A stretch of DNA of 64,000 nt, taken from positions 1-64,000 of the forward strand of contig JAEOTS010000110.1 of NCBI GenBank assembly GCA_016839745.1. Reading direction: 5' to 3'. The position numbers and the translations under genes are program-made. Below are positions 55,503 to 64,000 of this stretch, one piece after another (within the stretch, counting starts at the first letter, position 1; each line of letters opens with the position of its first letter). Origin of the DNA: Promethearchaeota archaeon. Lineage in GTDB: Archaea > Asgardarchaeota > Lokiarchaeia > Sigyniarchaeales > SOKP01. The notes below the pieces were generated by a model. The model ran no database searches and was not told the DNA's origin. It saw only the letters and a list, made by a program, of their open reading frames with translations.

Positions 55503-56915
55503 ATGGAAGCACCAAAATTTAGTTCAAAATATAGAATTTACTGGGGATTAGCGAGTTTAGGCGGTGCTATTATAAGTGGTACTTACGCCTCACTTTTAAC
55601 AATATTTTACACTGATTACATGGGTCTCGTTGGTCAGTGGGCTTACTTAATCGGAATAATGAGTTTTGTTTATGCAATTTGGAATATGGTAAATGATCCG
55701 CTTTTTGGTATTTACTCCGATAGGTCAAAACTGAAAAAAGGACGAAGGATACCTTTTATGCGATATACTGCGCCCTTTTTAGGGTTGTTTTTTATAGTTG
55801 TCTGGTTCGCCCCAGGGGGTTCAGATAAAATCGCAATCTTCTGGTGGATGTTAATAACTACTCTCCTCTACGATACCGGCTATACTATTGTTTTTTTGAT
55901 TTATTCAGCATTACTTCCAGAAATAACTGAAAGTGAAGAAGAAAGAAATAAATTATCAGTTTTCGCTTCATTCTTCTCTCTTTTAGGTACTATTATTGGT
56001 TTTCTTATCCCTGATTTTTTTAGACGTGAACAAGGATTATTACCATTACAATTATCGATGATAAGTATTGGAATCGTTGGTACATTATTAATCCTCTTTA
56101 CAACCTTAAAATTTAAGGAACGACCAGAATTCACAAAAGTTGATGAGCCCTTAAAAATTGGTAGCGCATTAAAATTCACCTTCAAAAACAAATCATTTTT
56201 AATCTTAGCAATTGGCAATTTCATGAGTATATTTATTCAACAAATGCTTTTAGGAGGAATGTTTTTCTTAGCCGATTATGTCGTACAAGGATCATCTATA
56301 ATATTACTTGTTGCGTTGTTTATTCCACTTGTTTTAGGTGTTTGGCTTACTCCTAAATTGATAAAGAAGTTTGGAGTAGTAAGAGCAGATCAGATATTAT
56401 TAACTATTGGAGCAACAGGATTATTATTACTTACATTCGTCCCTCCCGTATTCATGTATGTAAGTTTAGCTTTAGCAGGCTTAGGGCTAGTTGGACCTTT
56501 AGTTCTAACTAACGTCATGTTTGCGCAAATCTGTGATGAAGATGAATTGAAAACCGGGGTTAGAAGAGAAGCAGCATATTTTGGAATGAACGCGTTTTTC
56601 ACTAAACCCGCTCAAAGTGTAGCAATAGCGTTGCCCACTCTATTACTCACATTAGCCCATTTTGTACCTCGAGATGCTTTAGGTATTATTCAACCTCAAA
56701 CACATCCTACAGAAGTTGATTTTGCTATTAGAATATTCATGGGTTTAATCCCCGCTATAGCACTTTATCTTGAGGTACTAATTCTGCAATTTTATCCTCT
56801 AAAGGGGGATTATTTAGCAGAGGTACAGGAAAAAGTATTAGTTTTGCATCAAGAAAAACGTGCTAAATTGTTAGAGATGGATAAGAAACAAAGACCCGAT
56901 ACAGATCAACAATAA
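55503..56915 (+). CDS. MFS glycoside-pentoside-hexuronide (MelB-like) transporter
   Basis: NDPLFG..SDR, GRR.PF, DEDELKTGVRREAAYFG, FYPL. Confidence 0.9.
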   Translation: MEAPKFSSKYRIYWGLASLGGAIISGTYASLLTIFYTDYMGLVGQWAYLIGIMSFVYAIWNMVNDPLFGIYSDRSKLKKGRRIPFMRYTAPFLGLFFIVVWFAPGGSDKIAIFWWMLITTLLYDTGYTIVFLIYSALLPEITESEEERNKLSVFASFFSLLGTIIGFLIPDFFRREQGLLPLQLSMISIGIVGTLLILFTTLKFKERPEFTKVDEPLKIGSALKFTFKNKSFLILAIGNFMSIFIQQMLLGGMFFLADYVVQGSSIILLVALFIPLVLGVWLTPKLIKKFGVVRADQILLTIGATGLLLLTFVPPVFMYVSLALAGLGLVGPLVLTNVMFAQICDEDELKTGVRREAAYFGMNAFFTKPAQSVAIALPTLLLTLAHFVPRDALGIIQPQTHPTEVDFAIRIFMGLIPAIALYLEVLILQFYPLKGDYLAEVQEKVLVLHQEKRAKLLEMDKKQRPDTDQQ

Positions 56916-57163
56916 ATTATAACAAACCTTTTTTTTTCTTAATTTAACAGAACGTTAAATTGTATTAAATTAGGTTTTTATCAAGCTTCCTTGTTATTAA
57001 AAACCGAAATATTCTCTACAAAATTGAAATCTATGTATTAAATTGTAATTTCCAAATTCTTTAGGTTTATTAAACCCTCATTTTAAAAATAATAAAACCT
57101 AAATTTTAATGTATTAAATATATCTTATAACGAATTTGAAATAATTTTAGAAATGTGAAATTA

Positions 57164-57481
57164 ATGGCTAAAAAAAAGAAAGTACCAGATGAACCAGACG
57201 TTGAAGATGTTCCCCTTGGAAAAGTAGATGACGATGGTGACGAGATTCTGGACTTGTATGATGAAAAAGATAATTTGGAAGAGGATCTTGATTACGATTT
57301 GAACGAAATTGAGGATGAAATGTTAGCGGACGAAACAGAAGATGAAGAATTTGGAATGGAAGTTGATGATGTCGTAAAAATGTTACGAGGGGTTAAATGC
57401 GATCCGTGTCCCGGTTTAAAGAGTAAACCTGGTTGTCAAATTGCTCATGACCATGGTTGTCCAAAACCTAATAAGCCATAA
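57164..57481 (+). CDS. Highly acidic small protein with C-terminal Cys/His cluster (start probably ATG 57164)
   Basis: MAKKKK, long D/E tract, CDPC...C..H.H.C. Confidence 0.7.
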   Translation: MAKKKKVPDEPDVEDVPLGKVDDDGDEILDLYDEKDNLEEDLDYDLNEIEDEMLADETEDEEFGMEVDDVVKMLRGVKCDPCPGLKSKPGCQIAHDHGCPKPNKP

Positions 57482-57561
57482 TTAAAAAAATTTATTTCCT
57501 TTTATTTTTTTATTCAAATTTACAACATTTCATAGTATGAAATAATAGTTAGGGATAATCA

Positions 57562-58563
57562 ATGCTTACTAAAACTCACAAACGTATTATCCTAATTATC
57601 TTTGATCTCATCTTTAGCGCGTATATATGGGATGTGAATGCTTCGTGGGGAAACACTTTTAATATTTGTCTAATTTTATCAACCACAACGTTTTTAATCA
57701 TCTACACTCCGTTTGAAATATATTGGAGTTTTAGAGATATATATTTTGATAGATGGATGCCAATTAAATTCAAAAACATAAAAACTTCTAAAATAAAAAT
57801 TGAAGTTGGTAAAAGCAGAAAAGGAAAAAGTAAATACATTATAGGACTTTTAATTTCTTCAATCGATAATGAAATTGTTAAAGCCAAAAGCTCTCTAGTA
57901 GTAATCTGTCATGGATTTTCAGATAAAAAAGAGACGCTTCAGTATTATTATCTTCCACTTGTCCTTCAAGGATTTACAATTTTAGTTTATGATGCTCGAG
58001 GAACTGGAGAATCTAAAAGAGTAGGAAGAAGAAGTCAATTTTTAAAAAGAATAGAAGACTTTAAAAAGGTTATTGATTGGATTAAAATTCACAACCAACT
58101 TAAAAACTATAAAGTAAGCTCTGTGGGGTTCAGTATTGGGGCTATAACCGTTTTATGTGGTGGTTTTTCAGATGAAACTATCAATAAAATAATTGCTATT
58201 TCTGCTATGTCTAATTATAAGCAAAACCTACCAAAATACAATCCAATCATTATGCTTAGTTATCTCCTAAAGGGAGTAAAATTATTTCCAAACAAAATAG
58301 AAAATAATAAGTTATCTCCTTACTCAATTATAGAAAGCTCTAAGGACTCGCTTTCAGAAGACAGCTGGCGAAAGCTTTCAAAAAAAGTTTCTCTTATTCA
58401 TGCTAAAAACGATAAGGTAATTAAATTTAAAAATTTTCAAGAAAATGTTAAATTACTTAATTTATCCGCACAGAACACCTTAGTCTTGAACTATGGTGGT
58501 CATACCCAAAAGAAAAATGAATTACTATTAGTTGCAGCCTCTCTAAAGTTTTTGAACTCTTAA
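57562..58563 (+). CDS. Membrane-anchored alpha/beta hydrolase
   Basis: Two N-terminal TM helices; CHGF, YDARGTGES, GFSIGA, D.VI, GGH. Confidence 0.85.
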   Translation: MLTKTHKRIILIIFDLIFSAYIWDVNASWGNTFNICLILSTTTFLIIYTPFEIYWSFRDIYFDRWMPIKFKNIKTSKIKIEVGKSRKGKSKYIIGLLISSIDNEIVKAKSSLVVICHGFSDKKETLQYYYLPLVLQGFTILVYDARGTGESKRVGRRSQFLKRIEDFKKVIDWIKIHNQLKNYKVSSVGFSIGAITVLCGGFSDETINKIIAISAMSNYKQNLPKYNPIIMLSYLLKGVKLFPNKIENNKLSPYSIIESSKDSLSEDSWRKLSKKVSLIHAKNDKVIKFKNFQENVKLLNLSAQNTLVLNYGGHTQKKNELLLVAASLKFLNS

Positions 58564-58647
58564 AAGTATCCCCCAACTATATTTGTTAATTGTTTACTTT
58601 AAATATGTTATTTTTAAATTACTCTAAATAGTGTAGAGTGATTTTTA

Positions 58648-58833
58648 ATGATAAAATGTCCTATTTGTAAAGATGAAATAAAGCTTCAAAATTTAAATAA
58701 ACACTACAAGATTACTTTAGGTGATATTATTAATGGTAAATTTAGGGGTAAAAACACATTATACTATCATAAAGATTGTTTATGCAACAAAAATCTTTAT
58801 GAGAAGAGACTCGTTTCACCAATGACAGAATGA
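58648..58833 (+). CDS. Small CxxC...HxxC zinc-finger protein
   Basis: CPIC...YYHKDC; GAGTGAT SD-like motif upstream. Confidence 0.65.
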   Translation: MIKCPICKDEIKLQNLNKHYKITLGDIINGKFRGKNTLYYHKDCLCNKNLYEKRLVSPMTE

Positions 58834-58864
58834 ATTTTAGGAATTTTTTTGGTTTTATCCTTTT

Positions 58865-60307
58865 CTAGCTAATAATCTTATCCCAATCTGAAAATTCCAT
58901 AATTTTATTATAATTCTCAATTATAGTTTTAAAGATTACGGAACCTATACAAAAGGCGTTGACAAAATCCTCGAATGTTAGATCCAACAACCTGCTATTT
59001 TTTTCCGAAAAACCTACACCACGATTAACTTCAATTTTACCATCGTATCCTGATAAGTTTACGACAAATTCCTGTTTATTTAATCCTTTAACAAAAGTCC
59101 CTCTAGCAATCCGAGCTAAACCTCCAATTGGGATGATTAGATTATTAGATTGAGCTAAATATATTCGTAAATCGAATGTATGCAATCCACCTTCCCAGTT
59201 AATTAATGAAAAATCTGCTTTCTCTTGGATTGTGTACGGAAAAGGTTCTCGATTTCTCGAAAATTTAGCAAAAAATTCTTCTTTACTTTCCTTAATAATT
59301 TCTTTAATTCTTTTAGGTTTTTCGTCCTTAAGGATCGGAATTACTCCTGCACCACCAGATCCCCCACTAGGTTTTATTATAAAAGACTTATTGTAATTTT
59401 TTATTAAATATTTGGCTTTTAGAATTAATTCCTTCTCATTATATGCTTTTGTGAAGTGTAAATATGCTAAACCATATTCTTTAAGCACATTTTTGTTTAA
59501 AAAGCTTGATACATACGTGAGAGATTTATCATCGGTAATTCTAAAAATCGGATTTACAATAAGGGTGTTAATTCGCCGAAAATCTTTACGAATTAGCTCA
59601 TCAAAATTCTTATCATAGAGGCGCCGTGCTATACCGTCTCCTATCAAAACATTTACTCTTTCTCCTAGATACCAAACCCATCCATTTGAAAAAGTTAAAG
59701 CCTGACTTAATTGCTTATAATCAGATATTATAAATACAACTTTTGCTTTATGTTCCTTGTCATAATTGTCTGAATTAAAAATCTTTAATGAATATCCCTT
59801 AGATTTAATTTTTTTCCTTAAATATTCAACCATAATTACTTTTTCATGGATTAAACCATCGTTTATGGGGACACCTACTAACACGAGAATTTTTCCTTTA
59901 CCCCCTTCTATGGCTTGGGAGATTGATTCAAAATAGCCATCATACAAGAGCGCTTGTTGTTTTTTGGTAAGTATTGATAAACCCCGATTTGAACCGCCAT
60001 TCGTTTCGAGAAGATAGAATTTTTTACTTTCAGATTCATTACTCACCATAAAATCAATGCTTCCGGCATAAAACGAGTAATTATTACCAACAACATTATC
60101 TTTACGCTTAGCGAGCCTCTTTAAAGCCTCTTTTCTTACGCGATCAATAAAATTATCCTCTTGGGAAGCACGGAGTTCTGAAAAAGAGATCAAGTCTAAA
60201 CCTAAAGATCTTCCTAATGGAACTAATTCTAAATCAGACTCGGATATGTCTTTTGACATTAATTTTAGGAATTTAGTCAGTAAATTCTCTTCCAAGCGAA
60301 TCACCAA
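58865..60307 (-). CDS. Circularly permuted ATP-grasp peptide ligase
   Basis: N-terminal IDF...LLETNGG (ExN); C-terminal IIKPSGGSGG.G, IQE, FDLR, GGLAR, VVNLS. Confidence 0.7.
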   Translation of the reverse strand: MVIRLEENLLTKFLKLMSKDISESDLELVPLGRSLGLDLISFSELRASQEDNFIDRVRKEALKRLAKRKDNVVGNNYSFYAGSIDFMVSNESESKKFYLLETNGGSNRGLSILTKKQQALLYDGYFESISQAIEGGKGKILVLVGVPINDGLIHEKVIMVEYLRKKIKSKGYSLKIFNSDNYDKEHKAKVVFIISDYKQLSQALTFSNGWVWYLGERVNVLIGDGIARRLYDKNFDELIRKDFRRINTLIVNPIFRITDDKSLTYVSSFLNKNVLKEYGLAYLHFTKAYNEKELILKAKYLIKNYNKSFIIKPSGGSGGAGVIPILKDEKPKRIKEIIKESKEEFFAKFSRNREPFPYTIQEKADFSLINWEGGLHTFDLRIYLAQSNNLIIPIGGLARIARGTFVKGLNKQEFVVNLSGYDGKIEVNRGVGFSEKNSRLLDLTFEDFVNAFCIGSVIFKTIIENYNKIMEFSDWDKIIS

Positions 60308-60373
60308 AATGTGATTTTAAAAATTGAATCGTCCATTTTTAAATTATTATAATTATCTATTAAAAGCTAATAA

Positions 60374-61579
60374 TTATAAATAAAGATATCCTTGGTGATT
60401 TCCTTTAATACTTAGCCTTAGGCTTCCAAGCAATATTTTCTTTATTTTCCTTTGTTCCTTGAAATTTAAATCGGAAAATAGTAGAATGTAGTTCTTTTCA
60501 ATATTTATTACGAATAAAAGACCAATTCTTATGAGCTTAGAATCTTCTGTCAGTAAAGCGATAATGACATAATGATATGGGAGAGTAATTAAATTGTTAA
60601 TATTAATTTCTTCTTCAATGATTTTATCTTCCTCAACATCATAACCCGCTTTTATGAATTTAATTTCATTTAGAGGGATTGATATCTTTCTAAAGTTTTC
60701 TAAAACCTTAGCAAATTGACTTTGGCGAATAAATCTTCTATCATCTTTATCCTTTTCGTAGAAATAATTATTCTTTTCCTTCAAAAATAATATTTTTCTC
60801 TTCTTCGATTTAGATGCGTGTTTTTCAATTTCATCTAATTCTTCGATGCTGTCGTCATGAAATACAATCAATATATCAGGATCGACAGTATCTATAAAAA
60901 AATTCTTATATACAATTCCCGCTTCAGTTTTTATCCATCCATCACTGTCGATAAGAATAATATCTGTATCTTTATGCGTTGAATGAAAATTATTAATTAG
61001 ATCATTACAAGAGTGTGATACAATAAATTTAAAATTCGCTTTTGGAAAAGTACTTCCAATAAAAATAGTTTCTTCAGTATCAATATCAGCACTTGAAACT
61101 ATGTTTTCTTTTATTTCTCCTATATTGAGCGTTGTTGGAAGGTACAATAATTGCTGTCCTAAATCCGAATCTAAAAAGGATGCTTTAAACCCTTCTCTAA
61201 GAACATTATTAGCTAAATACTTTATAAGAGTAGTTTTACCACTACTTAACCCTAAAACCATTACTTTGAGAGGTTTTTTATCTTCATTTTTTCGAAGAGC
61301 ACTGATAACATCATCCTTAATTTTAACCCATTCTTTATTGATTGTGTTTTCTTCGACAATTTGTAGGTTATTTTTGTTATTAGTGAATATCTCTAGTTTC
61401 GATGATTCCAAAGCATATAATGGATAATTATTAGCGCTTGGTACTATAATTTTGCCTTCTTGTTCACTTTTTTCAGGTACGAATATTTTACCAAAAACTT
61501 CTATTTTTCCCTCTAATAATTTAACCCTTGAAGGGCCTTTAACTAAGAGAGTTTGTTCCTTTTGCACTTCTTGTATCAT
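60374..61579 (-). CDS. Clp1/Grc3/Nol9-family polynucleotide 5'-OH kinase
   Basis: TLLVKGP...LLEGKIEVFG N-domain; SSGKTT, LDSDLGQ, IDSDGW, RR.IR. Confidence 0.8.
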   Translation of the reverse strand: MIQEVQKEQTLLVKGPSRVKLLEGKIEVFGKIFVPEKSEQEGKIIVPSANNYPLYALESSKLEIFTNNKNNLQIVEENTINKEWVKIKDDVISALRKNEDKKPLKVMVLGLSSGKTTLIKYLANNVLREGFKASFLDSDLGQQLLYLPTTLNIGEIKENIVSSADIDTEETIFIGSTFPKANFKFIVSHSCNDLINNFHSTHKDTDIILIDSDGWIKTEAGIVYKNFFIDTVDPDILIVFHDDSIEELDEIEKHASKSKKRKILFLKEKNNYFYEKDKDDRRFIRQSQFAKVLENFRKISIPLNEIKFIKAGYDVEEDKIIEEEININNLITLPYHYVIIALLTEDSKLIRIGLLFVINIEKNYILLFSDLNFKEQRKIKKILLGSLRLSIKGNHQGYLYL

Positions 61580-61741
61580 ATGTTCCTCAAATCATCCTTT
61601 ATAAAAAAATAATAACTATTTCTTTTCTTACATTTATACTTATTAACTAAAAGAAATATACTTTTTCTTTCCGATTCTGAAATTTTTATTTGTAAATGTG
61701 TTTTATATCTCTAAAGGGTATTTCGTAAACATTATTGATTT

Positions 61742-62269
61742 TTACTTCTTAAATTCTTTATAACAAGGGATGCACATAATTTTACCTTGATAATTCATCA
61801 TGCGACTGTCCATTGTAAGTTCACCACAAATATTGCATAGCACCGATTCTTCTATTTGAGCCATCCTAGGAGGATCGTATTCAATATCTCTAATTTCAAA
61901 AACATTTTCAGGTTCCAAACCGAGAAGTTTTTGAATTTTCTCATCTCTCGACAATTTTTTCTTTTCTAAAATAGTCTTTTTTAAAGCTAATCTAACTCCT
62001 TTTTTACTTTTTCTACTATAGATGTTATAATTACTCTTGCCATAATCTTTATGTATTAAATTGCCTTTTCCATATGTAGTTCCCAATAAAGCTTGGAGCG
62101 CATCAACACTGCAGTTGTCAGTTTCAACGACAGCAACAAGTTCTTCATCAGGGGAGTGCTCAAAGCCATGCTCTAAAGCATATTTAGCAACCAATACGCC
62201 AATAGCAATTCCAGGGCATATATGTCCATGAAACATCGTTGCTTTTTTCATTAACTCTCTAGTGTCCAC
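61742..62269 (-). CDS. FmdE/FwdE family protein with C-terminal zinc finger
   Basis: FHGHICPG, ETDNC..DALQ, GKGNL, C..CGE...CIPC. Confidence 0.88.
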   Translation of the reverse strand: MDTRELMKKATMFHGHICPGIAIGVLVAKYALEHGFEHSPDEELVAVVETDNCSVDALQALLGTTYGKGNLIHKDYGKSNYNIYSRKSKKGVRLALKKTILEKKKLSRDEKIQKLLGLEPENVFEIRDIEYDPPRMAQIEESVLCNICGELTMDSRMMNYQGKIMCIPCYKEFKK

Positions 62270-62353
62270 AATAAATCAGCTTTCTATTTTAGATTTAATA
62301 AAAATATCAAATATATTAATTTATTTAATGACTTAAATTTAATTGTAATAGAT

Positions 62354-62845
62354 ATGAAATTTCTTGTAGATGCGATGTTAGGAAAACTCGCGCGATTCCT
62401 AAGAATCTTTGGTTACGATACAATATATGCTAGTGATCTAATAGATCATTATCGCACTAATCCCGTTCCGGATAAAAAATTAAATGAATATGCTGTATGG
62501 AGCAATAGAATTGTAATAACGAAAGATTTACCATTCTATAATGAAATTAAAGAAAACGCTATATTACTAGAAGGGGAAGGAGTTTACAACTACTTAAATC
62601 AACTTAAACGAAAGTCTAATTTAGTTTATGATTTTAACATGGAAAAAGCAAGGTGCTCTGTTTGCAATACAATGTTAAAGAGGGTTAATGAGAAGAATTC
62701 AATAAAAGAATTTGTTAAACATGAAACTTTTAAGACTTATAATGAATTTTTTCAATGCAATAATCCAAGATGTCTGAAAGTATTCTGGAATGGACCACAC
62801 ATAGCTGATATCATTAAAAAACTAAGAGATGAGATGAATTACTGA
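62354..62845 (+). CDS. Mut7-C (PIN-fold) RNase domain protein
   Basis: FLVDAMLGKLARFLRIFGYDT, RC..CN, C...C.KVFW.G.H. Confidence 0.9.
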   Translation: MKFLVDAMLGKLARFLRIFGYDTIYASDLIDHYRTNPVPDKKLNEYAVWSNRIVITKDLPFYNEIKENAILLEGEGVYNYLNQLKRKSNLVYDFNMEKARCSVCNTMLKRVNEKNSIKEFVKHETFKTYNEFFQCNNPRCLKVFWNGPHIADIIKKLRDEMNY

Positions 62846-63075
62846 TTATTTTTTTTAAAGAAGGTTTTCTTAATATCATCAAATTTTAATTTAACTTTCT
62901 CTGCCTCCTCTTTTGCCCCTCCCTTTTCAAACATACCATGTGCTTGAGAGAGCAATTCAAGGCACTTTTTATACTCCTTGTTCTTGAAGTGATTTTCTGA
63001 AAGTTCAACTAAGTAATGCCCTTTTTTAATATAGAATTCAATGAACTGCTCAGATGTATCAATTTTTCTACTCAT
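62839..63075 (-). CDS. Small helical TPR-like protein
   Basis: 78 aa; Y..CLELL..A...F...G pattern; convergent overlap with the Mut7-C gene. Confidence 0.5.
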   Translation of the reverse strand: MSRKIDTSEQFIEFYIKKGHYLVELSENHFKNKEYKKCLELLSQAHGMFEKGGAKEEAEKVKLKFDDIKKTFFKKNNQ

Positions 63076-63151
63076 ATTTAATGAAATGCATTTTTTTTAG
63101 TATATCTATCTAATAAAGGTAAACTAATTAAAAATTTGTTTTATTCAAATT

Positions 63152-64000
63152 TTAATCTATATTTCGAAAATTTTCCATATCAATTACTTTTGCTTGCAAA
63201 CGTGATTCATTAGCTGCAAAAGCCATAAGATGGCTTTCTAAAGTTTCGTAAGCGTTTGTTAAAGGTTGAGATTTGTTATTATGAAGCGCTTCTAAAAAAG
63301 CATCAATTAAAGCAAAATCACCTCCACCATGACCAGAACTATCAATTGTTAATTTTTGAGAAAAAATTACTTTCTTAGTGCCAGAAAAATGATCGAACAA
63401 TGTAATTTCTTGGCCGGAATCAAAGAATTGACCTATTAATGTTGCTTTAGTACCATCAATTCTTAATGTTCGCCCCTCCCGTTCACTAAATCCATGCATG
63501 ATTAAATTTGCGGTCACATTATTCTCAAATTCGATATTTACGACTTGATGGTCAACTACATCGTTATCGCATTTATAAACGCATCTACCGTAAGGGCTTG
63601 TTTTTAGAATCTCCATTTTCGTTTCGTCGGAGTAATCTTCAATAGCCTCTTCAGGAAGTCCTGAATAAAGCGGCACCACTGGCCATTCTCTCCAATATCG
63701 CAAACGGTGTACAAGTTTAATTAGCTTACTTAAGTTAGTTATTAGTCTTACATGGTTTTTTCTTAAATTGGCCAGAACCTTAAATCCAAATTGATTACTT
63801 TTTTCTAAGATTTGGATTACAGGAACGATATCTATATATATTCTTGGAGCGTAGTACAAGCAAGTATTTTCTATAGGGCATCCTTCTACACAGTAATATG
63901 GAGAATCTTTAGGTGCGTTAGAAGGTGTAAAATGTTTTAAGCCTCCGAAGGAGCTTATTTTTTTTGGTTTTTCTCCAACCATCCAATAAAGTAAATCTAA
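63152..64000 (-). CDS. Gfo/Idh/MocA family oxidoreductase (5'-partial)
   Basis: Frame open to the window end (LDLLYWMVG); PYGRCVYKCDNDVVDHQ, GHGGGD, SHLMAFAANESR. Confidence 0.85.
   Translation of the reverse strand, partial: LDLLYWMVGEKPKKISSFGGLKHFTPSNAPKDSPYYCVEGCPIENTCLYYAPRIYIDIVPVIQILEKSNQFGFKVLANLRKNHVRLITNLSKLIKLVHRLRYWREWPVVPLYSGLPEEAIEDYSDETKMEILKTSPYGRCVYKCDNDVVDHQVVNIEFENNVTANLIMHGFSEREGRTLRIDGTKATLIGQFFDSGQEITLFDHFSGTKKVIFSQKLTIDSSGHGGGDFALIDAFLEALHNNKSQPLTNAYETLESHLMAFAANESRLQAKVIDMENFRNID

Noticed and set aside
1180-61427. Numerous 60-136 aa ORFs antisense to or overlapping long genes (e.g. 1180-1449, 13798-14121, 26168-26575, 35203-35613, 36710-37117, 42616-42918, 55901-56224, 61101-61427)
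   Set aside because: Shadow ORFs of well-supported genes, with Ser/Phe/Ile-rich composition and no motifs
62839-63075. Possible toxin-antitoxin pair of Mut7-C RNase and the small helical ORF
   Set aside because: The genes are convergent rather than co-transcribed, and the small ORF has no antitoxin-like DNA-binding motif
1-64000. CRISPR arrays, IS elements, integrases or prophage genes
   Set aside because: No regularly spaced repeats, transposase or integrase motifs or terminal inverted repeats were seen; the tRNA is not flanked by an integrated element

Overview
AT-rich, gene-dense chromosomal window, almost certainly from an Asgard archaeon of the Lokiarchaeia type. The assignment rests on a Lokiactin-like actin (8968-10113), two Rab-like small GTPases, a gelsolin-domain protein, a eukaryote-like PPP phosphatase and archaeal information genes (rpoK/Rpo6, EF-1beta, Hef, Rio2, SmAP, Clp1). 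The main metabolic blocks are a ~12.8 kb hdrCB-frhB-hdrA'-hdrA''-mvhD(wHTH)-hdrA-flxDCBA flavin-bifurcation cluster (12722-25478) and a porC/porDAB 2-oxoacid:ferredoxin oxidoreductase set split by a PAS histidine kinase. MutS/MutL, lipid/acyl-CoA enzymes, transporters and an orphan adenine methyltransferase are also present. Elements absent from the ORF track: a tRNA-Val(CAC) with three introns at non-canonical positions (6969-7136), two small Cys-rich ORFs (26852-27025, 33160-33336), twin palindromic TetR operators (50205-50251) and a probable AUA-initiated Rab-like gene. The strongest candidate for an undescribed system is a gelsolin domain fused to four transmembrane helices (47451-48233), a possible actin-membrane linker. 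No CRISPR array, rRNA or transposase was seen. All calls come from motif recognition by eye; no database searches were run.
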